From: a bacterium
GTDB taxonomy: Bacteria; Patescibacteriota; Patescibacteriia; JACQSD01
Length of the DNA: 42,936 bases
Assembly (NCBI GenBank): GCA_030648795.1
Contig: JAUSHC010000022.1
Span: 1 to 42,936, forward strand
Direction of reading: 5' to 3'
Shown here: one piece after another, positions 1 through 8,845 of the stretch
Numbering within the stretch: the first letter of the stretch is position 1
How the letters are laid out: each line of letters opens with the position of its first letter
Program-made: the position numbers and the translations under genes
Notes under the pieces: model-generated
Databases searched by the model: none
What the model saw: only the letters and a program-made list of their open reading frames with translations
What the model was told of the DNA's origin: nothing

Positions 1-933
1 TCGCTCGCGAACAATGATTACAGTAACGGCCGTGAGCCGACGTGGGGCGTGACGTTTTCAAAAGCGCAGGCGCAGTATCTTGGACTGGATTGGAAACAGG
101 CGTATCTCGCGATGTTTGATGATCTGGGCGTGCGCGCAGTGCGACTCTCCGCCTATTGGAATGAAATTGAACGCGAGCAGGGGAAATATGATTTTACTGC
201 TCTCGATTGGCAGGTCGCCGAAGCAACGAAACGTAATGTGCGCATTATTCTTGCGGTAGGGCGTCGTTTGCCTCGTTGGCCCGAGTGCCATGATCCGTCT
301 TGGCTGAAAAACGAAGAAGGAGATGTCGCTGAACAAAAATTGTCTGCTTTTATTACCGCAGTTGTTGAGCGATATAAAAAGAATACATTGATCGCGATGT
401 GGCAGGTGGAGAATGAATATTTCCTTTCGCTTTTCGGCGAGTGTCCGAAAGGCACGAAAGAATCATTTGCAAAAGAAGTTGCACTCGTACGCAGTCTTGA
501 TGCTCGTCAAATTCTCGTCACGGATTCCGGTGAACTTTCCACATGGCGGAAGCCCGCGCCGTTTGGCGATTATCTTGGCACGACCATGTATCGTGTAGTC
601 TGGAATAAGTCCATCGGTTACTGGCGATACACGTACATTTTTCCACCGGTATTTTATCGATGGAAAGCATTACTCGTTGGTAAATCCATTGACCATATGA
701 TCGGCGCGGAGTTACAAGCGGAGCCATGGGCGCCGGATGGGTTGCTTGCACTCGCACCCGGTGAGTATAAAAAGTCACTTGATGTAAAACAATTTTTTGC
801 CAACGTGGATTTTGCTCGACGCACGGGAATTTCTGAACAGTATTTGTGGGGCGTGGAGTATTGGTACTGGTTGAAAGAAACGCAGAACGATGCTATGCTG
901 TGGGATGCCGCACGCACATTGTTTAAGCGCTAA
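1..933 (+). CDS. Clan GH-A glycoside hydrolase (beta-galactosidase/GH5/GH42-like), 5' partial
   Basis: Frame open from base 1 (SLANN..WGVTFS); VRLSAYWNEIE, GKYDF, WQVENE (acid/base), ELQAEPW (nucleophile). Confidence 0.8.
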   Translation, partial: SLANNDYSNGREPTWGVTFSKAQAQYLGLDWKQAYLAMFDDLGVRAVRLSAYWNEIEREQGKYDFTALDWQVAEATKRNVRIILAVGRRLPRWPECHDPSWLKNEEGDVAEQKLSAFITAVVERYKKNTLIAMWQVENEYFLSLFGECPKGTKESFAKEVALVRSLDARQILVTDSGELSTWRKPAPFGDYLGTTMYRVVWNKSIGYWRYTYIFPPVFYRWKALLVGKSIDHMIGAELQAEPWAPDGLLALAPGEYKKSLDVKQFFANVDFARRTGISEQYLWGVEYWYWLKETQNDAMLWDAARTLFKR

Positions 934-946
934 AAATGGTTATTTT

Positions 947-1669
947 ATGAAAAAACTTCTTTTGTTTTCCATCGGGCTCATGCTCCCCGTTTTTGTTTTT
1001 GCCGCGGGCGCGGGGGGTGGGGGAACGGTTCCAGAAAAAAAGGTTGTATTGCCTCCGCTGCGTACGCATTTTTGTTATACGTTGCCTCTTTTAAAACAGC
1101 GTGTGGAGTGTCGTCTTGGACTTTCGCAGCAGGATCTTGTCGCCGAATACGCAAAACAATATTTGCCGGAGGAGTGTCGAGCAGTTCGTGCGAAAAAAGC
1201 ACAAGGAGACTGTGTCGCGCGATACAAGGATCTGCAATCGTGTTGGGAAAATCCGGTTGGCGATGAACGAACAGCGTGCGCGCGCGAGGTTATTGGACTT
1301 CCCGACGATCGTGCAGCTGAAAGAAAATCATGCGAAGTGAAAAAGGTGCGAAAGGATCGCCTCGCATGTCTTGCATCGCTTCAGCAAAAAGTTTACACCC
1401 TTGTAAAGTTTCGTTTCTATGATTTAAACGAACGTGTCGAGGATTTTCTGAAAGAGCATGACACGATTGACGGGCGCGCAGGTATCCAGTTCATTGTGGT
1501 ATCGGAACTCAATAAACAGAAATTCAATAACGCGCGAACGAAAGCGCAACGATTGCAAATTATAAAAAATGAGCGCGTAGCATGGAAGCAAGTGGTGAAA
1601 TCTCTTACCATGGATGATGCACGTGATTTTCTTGATGATGCGACAAAAGATCTATCAACGGTAGAATGA
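947..1669 (+). CDS. Secreted Cys-rich hypothetical protein
   Basis: ATG 947 gives signal peptide MKKLLLFSIGLMLPVFVFA, then GAGGGG linker and 8 Cys. Confidence 0.75.
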   Translation: MKKLLLFSIGLMLPVFVFAAGAGGGGTVPEKKVVLPPLRTHFCYTLPLLKQRVECRLGLSQQDLVAEYAKQYLPEECRAVRAKKAQGDCVARYKDLQSCWENPVGDERTACAREVIGLPDDRAAERKSCEVKKVRKDRLACLASLQQKVYTLVKFRFYDLNERVEDFLKEHDTIDGRAGIQFIVVSELNKQKFNNARTKAQRLQIIKNERVAWKQVVKSLTMDDARDFLDDATKDLSTVE

Positions 1670-2631
1670 ATGCAACGAGCATGAAGAAAATTGTTGTCAT
1701 CGGTGGCGGAACGGGTACTGCCGCCGTTTTGCGTGGATTGAAAGAATATCCCGTTGATTGTTGCGCAATTCTTACGACTGCAGACGACGGGGGATCGTCG
1801 GGAATTCTTCGGGTAGAGTACAACATGATTCCACCGGGAGATGCGCGGCAGTGTCTCGTGGCGCTCGCGGACTCTTCGAACGTTCTTGCATCGTATATGC
1901 ATGAGCGTTTCCACGACGGATCTTTTGCCGGTCATCCTATTGGTAATCTTCTGATTGCATCGGTATTTCAGAGGACGCACGATTTTGTGCAGTCGCTTTC
2001 TATCGTGGGGACAATGCTTAGTGTGCGCGGAAGAGTTCTTCCGGTAACTCTCCAGCCGACAATGTTGCACGCGTATTTGAAAGACGGACGTGTTCTTTCT
2101 GGTGAAGAACATATTACGACATCGAAAGAGATCGTAACATCGTTGCAACAGTTGCGCCTTACTCCCGCTTCGTCATTACTTCCGGAGGCGCGCGTGGCAA
2201 TAATGGAAGCAGATATGATTATTATTGGGTCGGGAAATTTTTTCTCGAGCATTATGCCATCGTTGTTGGTGTCTGACATGCCGGAGACATTACGCGCTTC
2301 AAAAGCGAAAAAAGTGTATATCGCGAACTGTATGACGCAGAACGGACATACCGATCATTTTACGCTCGATGATTTCTTGCAGCGTCTTTCTATGGTGCTT
2401 GGTAAAGATATTTTTGATCACATTATATATAATACAAGTCCTTTGCCATCTACAATGAAAAACATTGGTGACCCCATACATCCCACCGCGTCATTAGTGA
2501 AGGATTCGCGGATCATTGGGATGCCTCTTTTGGATCCTACACCGGTTGCACAACACGCAGCTGACAGAATTACTCGCAGTATATTCCGCCATGATTCTAA
2601 GAAAATTGCTGAAGTTATCATGGGGCTATGA
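1666..2631 (+). CDS. yvcK: YvcK/UPF0052 (CofD-related) protein
   Basis: IVVIGGGTG, ADDGGSSG, PPGDARQCL, GHPIGNL, RHDSKK motifs; start may be 1681. Confidence 0.9.
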   Translation: MNATSMKKIVVIGGGTGTAAVLRGLKEYPVDCCAILTTADDGGSSGILRVEYNMIPPGDARQCLVALADSSNVLASYMHERFHDGSFAGHPIGNLLIASVFQRTHDFVQSLSIVGTMLSVRGRVLPVTLQPTMLHAYLKDGRVLSGEEHITTSKEIVTSLQQLRLTPASSLLPEARVAIMEADMIIIGSGNFFSSIMPSLLVSDMPETLRASKAKKVYIANCMTQNGHTDHFTLDDFLQRLSMVLGKDIFDHIIYNTSPLPSTMKNIGDPIHPTASLVKDSRIIGMPLLDPTPVAQHAADRITRSIFRHDSKKIAEVIMGL

Positions 2632-2641
2632 ATACCCCTAT

Positions 2642-2670
2642 TTGACATTATTTTCATTCTTATTTACAAT
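2642..2670 (+). promoter_or_regulatory. Sigma70 promoter for the infA operon
   Basis: TTGACA (2642-2647), 17 nt spacer, TACAAT (2665-2670). Confidence 0.75.
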
Positions 2671-2716
2671 ACATTGTAAGTGGAAAACTCATTTAGAAGA
2701 AGAAACCAAGAAAAAT

Positions 2717-2763
2717 AAAATTGCTACTCCAAAACGATTATCTGGGGTAGTAAATTTTCTTTT
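2717..2763 (+). promoter_or_regulatory. Stem-loop with U-rich tail in the infA leader
   Basis: ttgctactcca pairs with tggggtagtaa, followed by attttctttt. Confidence 0.45.
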
Positions 2764-2777
2764 ACCTTAGCAAAAAA

Positions 2778-3011
2778 GTGGACAATAAACAGTCAGTTGG
2801 AGGCAAGGATTTTCTTGATATGGACGGTGAGGTTACGGAGCTATTGCCCGCTACCTCATTTCGTGTTCGTCTTGTGAATGGGCATGTGATTCTGTGTCAT
2901 CTTGCAGGAAGAATGCGCATGAACAGAATTCGTTTACTTCTTGGGGATAAAGTAAAAGTGCAAATGACACCGTACGACCTGACGAAGGGTCGTATTATTT
3001 ATCGCTACTAA
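2778..3011 (+). CDS. infA: Translation initiation factor IF-1
   Basis: [44 protein letters not shown]; GTG start. Confidence 0.97.
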   Translation: MDNKQSVGGKDFLDMDGEVTELLPATSFRVRLVNGHVILCHLAGRMRMNRIRLLLGDKVKVQMTPYDLTKGRIIYRY

Positions 3012-3127
3012 TGAAAGTTCGATCATCCGTAAAACCGATTTGTAAAGAATGTAAGATTGCTCGACGAGGGCGATATCTTTTTGTGATTTGTAAGAAAAAC
3101 CCAAAGCATAAACAACGACAAGGATAA
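3011..3127 (+). CDS. rpmJ: 50S ribosomal protein L36 (absent from the ORF track)
   Basis: Manual translation [38 protein letters not shown]; Zn-ribbon form; lies between infA and rpsM. Confidence 0.97.
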   Translation: MKVRSSVKPICKECKIARRGRYLFVICKKNPKHKQRQG

Positions 3128-3133
3128 TATTAT

Positions 3134-3520
3134 ATGGCGCGCATTGCAGGAACCAATCTCCCCGTGAACAAGAAAATCGAATTTGCTCTTCGATATATTT
3201 ATGGTGTTGGACCGACGAATGCAAAAAGTATTCTTATTACTGCGGGTGTTGATGGCAATATTCGTGCGAAGGATTTGCAAGAGGATCAAATTCAGAAATT
3301 AAATGAGGCAGTACGAGGTCATCGTGTGGAAGGAGATCTTCGTCGCGACATTCTTTCTAATATCAAGCGACTGCGCGAGATTCATTCCTATCGAGGCATT
3401 CGGCATGAGCGTGGGCTTCCGGTACGTGGGCAACGGACGAAAACGAATTCGCGTACACGGAGAGGGAATGTTCGAAAGACCGTAGGGAGCGGAAGAAAAT
3501 CAGCGTCAGAGAAAACATAA
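3134..3520 (+). CDS. rpsM: 30S ribosomal protein S13
   Basis: MARIAG, YRGIRH, GLPVRGQRTKTN. Confidence 0.98.
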   Translation: MARIAGTNLPVNKKIEFALRYIYGVGPTNAKSILITAGVDGNIRAKDLQEDQIQKLNEAVRGHRVEGDLRRDILSNIKRLREIHSYRGIRHERGLPVRGQRTKTNSRTRRGNVRKTVGSGRKSASEKT

Positions 3521-3532
3521 TATTTTTTGCAT

Positions 3533-3979
3533 ATGGTTGACGAAATAGACAAAATAATGGGAACGGCTGAAACGCCAGCGACGGAAGATGAGAAATCCAA
3601 AGTTGCGCGTGGTCCTAAAAAAGAATATCGATCTGTGCCGCAGGGACGTGCGTACATACAAGCAAGCTACAATAATACCATTGTAACTTTTACTGATACA
3701 CAGGGAAATGTGCTTGCGTGGTCTTCAGCAGGAAAATGCGGTTTTAAAGGACCGAAGAAGTCTACCGCATATGCCGCGGGTATTGTCGTTCGTGATGCGG
3801 CGCAACGCATTCGTCCCTATGGATTGCAAGAAGTGGAAGTAAGTATTAAAGGTATTGGTTCTGGTCGAGAAGCTGCAGTACGCGCATTAAACACACAGGG
3901 TCTGGTTGTCATTTCCATTCAAGATATGACGCCGATTCCGCATAATGGATGTCGGCCGCCGAAAGTGCGAAGAGTATAA
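3533..3979 (+). CDS. rpsK: 30S ribosomal protein S11
   Basis: ASYNNTIVT, GFKGPKKSTAYAA, DMTPIPHNGCRPPKVRRV; ATG 3533 preferred over TTG 3527. Confidence 0.97.
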   Translation: MVDEIDKIMGTAETPATEDEKSKVARGPKKEYRSVPQGRAYIQASYNNTIVTFTDTQGNVLAWSSAGKCGFKGPKKSTAYAAGIVVRDAAQRIRPYGLQEVEVSIKGIGSGREAAVRALNTQGLVVISIQDMTPIPHNGCRPPKVRRV

Positions 3980-3993
3980 TTTGAAATCATCGT

Positions 3994-4572
3994 ATGGCTC
4001 GAAAACTTGGTCCAAAACATAAACTCTGTCGTCGCGTTGGTGAAAAACTTTGCTCTACAGTAAAGTGTCCTGTGACGCGTCGCAATTATCCGCCAGGTGT
4101 GCATGGACCGAAGGGTGGACAAAAGCGTACGGAATACGGTACGCAACTTTTGGAGAAACAGAAGGCAAAATATATTTATGGCATTTTAGAGCGTCAATTT
4201 AAGCGGTATTACACAAACGCCGTACGAAAGACGGGTGATACGAGCGTGTATTTAGCGCAGTACCTTGAACGCCGATTGGATAATGTTGTGTATCGTCTTG
4301 GTCTTACAAAAACGCGTAACGCAGCACGTCAAGCGATTGTGCATGGACATGTATTGGTGAATGATCATCGCCTTGATCGTCCTTCATATGCAGTAACGAC
4401 CGATGATATAATCCGTTTCGTAAATTTGAAAGAAGTTGAAAAACGCGAAGTCCCTGCGTGGTTATCACTTGATAAAGAAGGTCAGTTTGGGAAGGTGGTC
4501 GGTGCACCAACGGTCGAAAAACTCCCTGAACGTTTAAATATGCGTCTTATTATTGAGTTATATTCTCGATAA
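3994..4572 (+). CDS. rpsD: 30S ribosomal protein S4
   Basis: EYGTQLLEKQK, LERRLDNVVYRLG, ARQAIVHGH, IIELYSR. Confidence 0.98.
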   Translation: MARKLGPKHKLCRRVGEKLCSTVKCPVTRRNYPPGVHGPKGGQKRTEYGTQLLEKQKAKYIYGILERQFKRYYTNAVRKTGDTSVYLAQYLERRLDNVVYRLGLTKTRNAARQAIVHGHVLVNDHRLDRPSYAVTTDDIIRFVNLKEVEKREVPAWLSLDKEGQFGKVVGAPTVEKLPERLNMRLIIELYSR

Positions 4573-4587
4573 TTTTTTATATTTTTT

Positions 4588-5409
4588 ATGCCTCAATTGC
4601 ATCTTCCAACAAAAATTTTTTTTGAAGCCGGGAAGAAACCGACGGAAGGACAGTTGATTGTTGAGCCGTGTGAAGCAGGTTTTGGAACGACGCTTGGAAA
4701 CGCACTGCGTCGCGTGTTATTGTCATCCCTTCCGGGCGCCGCAGTGACCGACGCGAAGATTAAAGGCGCTTCGCATGAATTTTCAACATTGCCGGGAGTA
4801 AAGGAAGATGTCGTGGAAATTCTTTTGAATTTAAAGCAGCTTCGTTTGAAGGTTTTTTCCGATGAGCCGGTGCGTCTTATGTTGAAGGTGAGTGGAGAGA
4901 AAAATGTAACTGCGGGAGATATTGAAAAAGATGCGCAAGTGGAAATTGCGAATCCAAAATTACACTTGGCGACGCTTACGGATAAGGACGCAGCATTTGA
5001 GATGGAACTTATTGTAGGACGGGGACGCGGGTACGATGCGATTGAATCTCGAGAAAATCGAGTATCCGAAATCGGGCTTCTCGCGGTTGATGCGCTTTAT
5101 ACACCGATTCGCAATGTCGGTTTCCGTGTGGACCATGTTCGTGTGGGACAAATGACGAACTACGATCGTTTAACGCTTACTGTTGAAACGGACGGGACGA
5201 TTTCCGGGCAAGAAGCGGTTGAACAATCAGCGAAAATTTTGATTGATCATTTTTCGTTGCTTACTTCACTCGCGAACGCTCCTTTGGATATACAAAAAGA
5301 ATCTGAACCCGTTCTTGTTTCTGGAGTAGCGGAAGTAATAGAAGAAAAGACTGAAGTGGAAAATGACGAACAGAAGAAAGAAAAGAAAAAGAAGGAAGAA
5401 GTAGAGTAA
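4588..5409 (+). CDS. rpoA: RNA polymerase alpha subunit (N-terminal domain plus charged tail, no alpha-CTD)
   Basis: GFGTTLGNALRRVLLSSLPGAAV, HEFSTLPGVKEDV, RVGQMTNYDRL. Confidence 0.97.
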   Translation: MPQLHLPTKIFFEAGKKPTEGQLIVEPCEAGFGTTLGNALRRVLLSSLPGAAVTDAKIKGASHEFSTLPGVKEDVVEILLNLKQLRLKVFSDEPVRLMLKVSGEKNVTAGDIEKDAQVEIANPKLHLATLTDKDAAFEMELIVGRGRGYDAIESRENRVSEIGLLAVDALYTPIRNVGFRVDHVRVGQMTNYDRLTLTVETDGTISGQEAVEQSAKILIDHFSLLTSLANAPLDIQKESEPVLVSGVAEVIEEKTEVENDEQKKEKKKKEEVE

Positions 5410-5417
5410 TAATTTTT

Positions 5418-5768
5418 ATGCGACATCAAAAGAAAAAAGTTACCCTTGATAGAAAAGTAGGTCCGCGCAAAGCGCTTCTTCGAAACCTTGCGACGAGTGT
5501 TGTGCTGTATGAAAAAGTGAAGACGACTCGCGCGAAAGCAAAGGCGGTGCAGCCGATTGTTGAGCGTTGCGTGACACTCGCGAAAACGCAGACACTCACC
5601 GCACGGCGTCGGTTATTGACGATGCTCGCGCATCCGAATGCCGTACGAAAAATGTTTGAAGTTTTCGGTCCTCGTTATACAAGCCGCAATGGAGGGTATA
5701 CGCGGATTATAAAAATCGGACGACGCGTCGGAGATGCGGCAGAAATTGTTCAAATAGAATTTGTATGA
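5418..5768 (+). CDS. rplQ: 50S ribosomal protein L17
   Basis: MRHQKK, KTTRAKAK, RNGGYTRIIK, RVGDAA. Confidence 0.98.
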   Translation: MRHQKKKVTLDRKVGPRKALLRNLATSVVLYEKVKTTRAKAKAVQPIVERCVTLAKTQTLTARRRLLTMLAHPNAVRKMFEVFGPRYTSRNGGYTRIIKIGRRVGDAAEIVQIEFV

Positions 5769-6112
5769 CCAAAAAATATACCATTGACGCAACAGGGAAG
5801 ATTATCGGACGACTTGCGAGCGACGTCGCAATGTTGCTTATGGGAAAACGTGATCCCGCGTATCGTCCAAACGTTGTTTCTGACGTATTGGTGCAGGTAA
5901 CAAATCTTTCAAAGGCGCGTGTGACGGGAACAAAAACAACGACAAAATTATACTGGCGTTTTAGCGGATATCCGGGTGGGTTGAAAAATAAGACGTTGGG
6001 AAGTTTTTGGGAGAAAGATCCTGTCGGTTTTTTTGAGCATGTCGTTGGCGGGATGTTGCCAAAAAATCGACTTCGCTCTACAATGTTGAAACGACTTACT
6101 ATAACCGCATGA
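5765..6112 (+). CDS. rplM: 50S ribosomal protein L13 (short form)
   Basis: IDATGKIIGRLAS, SGYPGGLK, GMLPKNRL. Confidence 0.96.
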   Translation: MTKKYTIDATGKIIGRLASDVAMLLMGKRDPAYRPNVVSDVLVQVTNLSKARVTGTKTTTKLYWRFSGYPGGLKNKTLGSFWEKDPVGFFEHVVGGMLPKNRLRSTMLKRLTITA

Positions 6113-6507
6113 CAACACGTAAATACCATCGCGCCGTTGGCGGAAGAAAAAATGCAAGCGCGCAGGTGCATATTTTTCCAAATGGAAAAGGAGATATTAC
6201 GGTAAACGGGAAACCGTTAGCGAAATATTTTCCGTATTTTGAATTTCAGCAGATTGTTATATCGCCGTTGGAACAAGTCGGTCAGCTTGATAAGGTTGAT
6301 GTTTCTGTGAAGGTTGCGGGTGGAGGGACGCGCGGGCAAGCGGAGGCAACGCGTCACGGGATTGCGCTTGCACTCACCGCACTTAATGAAAATTTCAGAC
6401 GCGCATTGCGCAAGATCGGATACATGACGCGTGATCCTCGAAAGAAAGAACGGAAGAAGCCGGGGTTGAAGCGCGCGCGTCGAGCGCCGCAGTGGCAGAA
6501 GCGGTAG
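6109..6507 (+). CDS. rpsI: 30S ribosomal protein S9
   Basis: GGRKNA, GGGTRGQAEA, RDPRKKERKKPGLKRARRAPQWQKR. Confidence 0.98.
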   Translation: MTTRKYHRAVGGRKNASAQVHIFPNGKGDITVNGKPLAKYFPYFEFQQIVISPLEQVGQLDKVDVSVKVAGGGTRGQAEATRHGIALALTALNENFRRALRKIGYMTRDPRKKERKKPGLKRARRAPQWQKR

Positions 6508-6519
6508 AGAAACTTTTGG

Positions 6520-6552
6520 AAAATGGCCTCGTTCTCACGAGGTCGTTTTTTT
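6520..6552 (+). terminator. Intrinsic terminator of the ribosomal operon
   Basis: atggcctcgt-tctc-acgaggtcgt followed by a T run just after the rpsI stop. Confidence 0.75.
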
Positions 6553-6610
6553 GTAACTGGCTTGAAATTTTGAAGTTGCCACGACGAACAAAATTTCACA
6601 AGCAGTTACA

Positions 6611-6772
6611 ATCCGCCGAGTTGTGCGCCTGCTGGCACCGAACCCAGCCCTCTAAGCCCATGGTTTATGATTAGTGTGATGATATTACTTTTATTCTTGA
6701 AATATGCTCGATGCGTTGAAGTAGAGCATAGAGGGCTGGGGGAGGTATGCGTCCGGCTGAGAGGCGGAGATT
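6611..6772. ncRNA. Candidate structured non-coding RNA, family unassigned
   Basis: Nested pairings tccgcc/ggcgga, cccagccctcta/tagagggctggg (12 bp) and tatgctc/gagcata in intergenic DNA. Confidence 0.35.
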
Positions 6773-6805
6773 TTCAATTGTCTAGTTTTATGAAATAATA
6801 CACCC

Positions 6806-8542
6806 ATGTATTCATCACTCGAATTTATAAAGGATATCGCGCGTTTTGTCCGTCCGTATCGGTGGCGGTTTTTATTTGCGTCATTGGTGCGCTTGAGCGC
6901 AGATATTGTTTATCTCTATGCTGCCTATGCGCTTTCCCATTTGATTACTGCTCTCGGAGAATACACAACAGGAAAATTACTTGACCCCGTGTGGTTTTTC
7001 TTTATGGGATGGTCGATTGTGCAACTCTATCGATCGACTGCCGTACAGATTGCGAAATATGTTTGCTATCAATTGGCGGAGCGCGTGCAATTAGACAGTC
7101 AGCTTGCGGCGTTTAACCATTTGCAACTTCTTGATATTGCATGGCATGAAAAGGAAAATGCCGGTAATAAAATGAAGCGTGTGCAAAGCGGTGGCGAAGG
7201 ATTGGATCGTCTTTTGCGTATTTGGATCGATAATTTTATCGAGATCAGCGTTAATTTTCTCGGCATGATCGTGGTTATCGCGTTTATCAATACGACCGTC
7301 GCGCTGCTCATGTTCATTTTTCTCGTCACGTATCTTTGCATCAGCCTTCCTTTAGCGCGCCGGTCTTCCGATGCCGCACGTGTCGTGAATCAACACGAGG
7401 AGGATTTTAGTGGCTTGGGGTTTGAGATCATGAATAACATTCGCACGGTCAAAGTGATGGGGATGTTTGACGCGCTCTTTGCTCGTCTGGACGCAATCAG
7501 CAAGAAAATGTATGCGGCGATCGTGTATCGTATTTATCGCTATCGCATTAAATCATGGGCGCAAGCGATGTGGTCGCATGGGTTCCGTATTGTGACGATG
7601 CTTTTTATTATTTATGGTATTGTGCATGGCCGTTATGAGGTGAGTTTTTTTATCCTCTTTAATTTTTATTTTAACAGTCTCCGCGCATCGGTTGATGAGT
7701 TGTCGGATGTCGCGCAAGATATTACCATTGCACGGTATAATATTTTTCGATTGAAAGAAATACTGGATGAAAAATTGGGGATTGATGATGATACGAATAA
7801 AGTCGGTTTTCCTTCTGATTGGAAAAAAATTTCTCTGCAAAACGTATCATTCAGCTATGGCAACAATCCCGTTCTGCGCAACATATCGTTTGATATTAAG
7901 CGGGGAGAGAAGATTGGCATTGTCGGTCTTTCCGGTGTTGGGAAGTCCACGCTTTTTAAGTTGCTTTTTAAGGAGTATGAGAACTTTACGGGTGATATTC
8001 TTTTTGATACTATCTCCATTCGAAAAATAAAAAAGAGTTCTTATTTCAAGAAAGTTGCAGTAGTGTTGCAAGACACCGAGGTGTTTAATTTTTCATTGCG
8101 AGATAACATTACCATTGCGAGCGTAAAGCGCAGCGAGGAACGACTCGCGCAAGCGCTTGAAGTTGCTCATGTAAATGATTTTATGCAGAAATTGCCGCAA
8201 GGCATTGATACGCTTATCGGTGAAAAAGGCATAAAGCTTTCCGGCGGGGAGAAGCAACGATTGGGTATCGCGCGAGCGATTTTTAAACAGCCGGATATTC
8301 TTTTTCTTGATGAAGCAACATCGCATCTTGACGTCGAATCCGAAGAAAAAATTCAGGACTCACTGCACCAATTTTTTAAGGATGTAACTGCAATTGTGAT
8401 CGCGCATCGCTTAACGACGATTAAAGAAATGGATCGGATTTTGCTTATCGAAGACGGTGAGCTCCGTGAGTCGGGAAGTTTTAAAACACTGCATCGCAAA
8501 CGCGGCAGATTCTATGAACTTTGGGAGAAGCAGAAGTTGTAA
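6806..8542 (+). CDS. ABC exporter with fused permease and ATPase (MsbA-like)
   Basis: N-terminal TM helices; Walker A GLSGVGKS, LSGGEKQR, ILFLDEATS, IAHRL. Confidence 0.93.
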   Translation: MYSSLEFIKDIARFVRPYRWRFLFASLVRLSADIVYLYAAYALSHLITALGEYTTGKLLDPVWFFFMGWSIVQLYRSTAVQIAKYVCYQLAERVQLDSQLAAFNHLQLLDIAWHEKENAGNKMKRVQSGGEGLDRLLRIWIDNFIEISVNFLGMIVVIAFINTTVALLMFIFLVTYLCISLPLARRSSDAARVVNQHEEDFSGLGFEIMNNIRTVKVMGMFDALFARLDAISKKMYAAIVYRIYRYRIKSWAQAMWSHGFRIVTMLFIIYGIVHGRYEVSFFILFNFYFNSLRASVDELSDVAQDITIARYNIFRLKEILDEKLGIDDDTNKVGFPSDWKKISLQNVSFSYGNNPVLRNISFDIKRGEKIGIVGLSGVGKSTLFKLLFKEYENFTGDILFDTISIRKIKKSSYFKKVAVVLQDTEVFNFSLRDNITIASVKRSEERLAQALEVAHVNDFMQKLPQGIDTLIGEKGIKLSGGEKQRLGIARAIFKQPDILFLDEATSHLDVESEEKIQDSLHQFFKDVTAIVIAHRLTTIKEMDRILLIEDGELRESGSFKTLHRKRGRFYELWEKQKL

Positions 8543-8547
8543 AGAGA

Positions 8548-8580
8548 TAACACTCGGTGTTGCATCAACACCGAGTGTTG
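8548..8580. repeat. REP-like doublet of 15-nt quasi-palindromes
   Basis: taacactcggtgttg-cat-caacaccgagtgttg. Confidence 0.7.
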
Positions 8581-8590
8581 AAAACGTGAT

Positions 8591-8809
8591 ATGAGGGAAG
8601 CGCTATACGACAATCCGGAACCACCAACACGAAGCGAAATAAAAAAAGGTTCGGCAGTATGGATTATTGAGAAAGAAAACTACGGCACGCAAGATTACAC
8701 GCAGGGGATTGTTGCTGATATTCTTTCACCCCGTGATTATCATCCGCGCGGCATTAAAGTGCGCCTCACCGACGGTACCGTCGGCCGTGTGCAATGGTTT
8801 GTGGAGTAA
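8591..8809 (+). CDS. YwbE family protein (DUF2196)
   Basis: GIVADILS..HPRGIKVRLTDGTVGRVQ. Confidence 0.88.
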   Translation: MREALYDNPEPPTRSEIKKGSAVWIIEKENYGTQDYTQGIVADILSPRDYHPRGIKVRLTDGTVGRVQWFVE

Positions 8810-8831
8810 ATAGCCGAAAGGCTATTTTTTT
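8808..8831 (+). terminator. Intrinsic terminator
   Basis: aaatagcc-gaaa-ggctattt followed by Ts. Confidence 0.7.
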
Positions 8832-8839
8832 GGTAGAAT
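8831..8839 (+). promoter_or_regulatory. Extended -10 promoter; probable leaderless flippase mRNA
   Basis: TGgTAGAAT ends 6 nt before ATG 8846. Confidence 0.55.
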
Positions 8840-8845
8840 AAACGC

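Noticed and set aside
1417-2148. 243-aa antisense ORF and other shadow ORFs
   Set aside because: They lie opposite well-supported genes and show no recognisable motifs.
5765-6112. rplM as a pseudogene because it is only 115 aa
   Set aside because: Core motifs are intact and it is translationally coupled on both sides; terminal trimming fits a reduced genome.
8769-8784. 16-bp perfect palindrome ccgacggtaccgtcgg in ywbE
   Set aside because: Encodes the conserved TDGTVG segment with no length change; single occurrence, probably chance.
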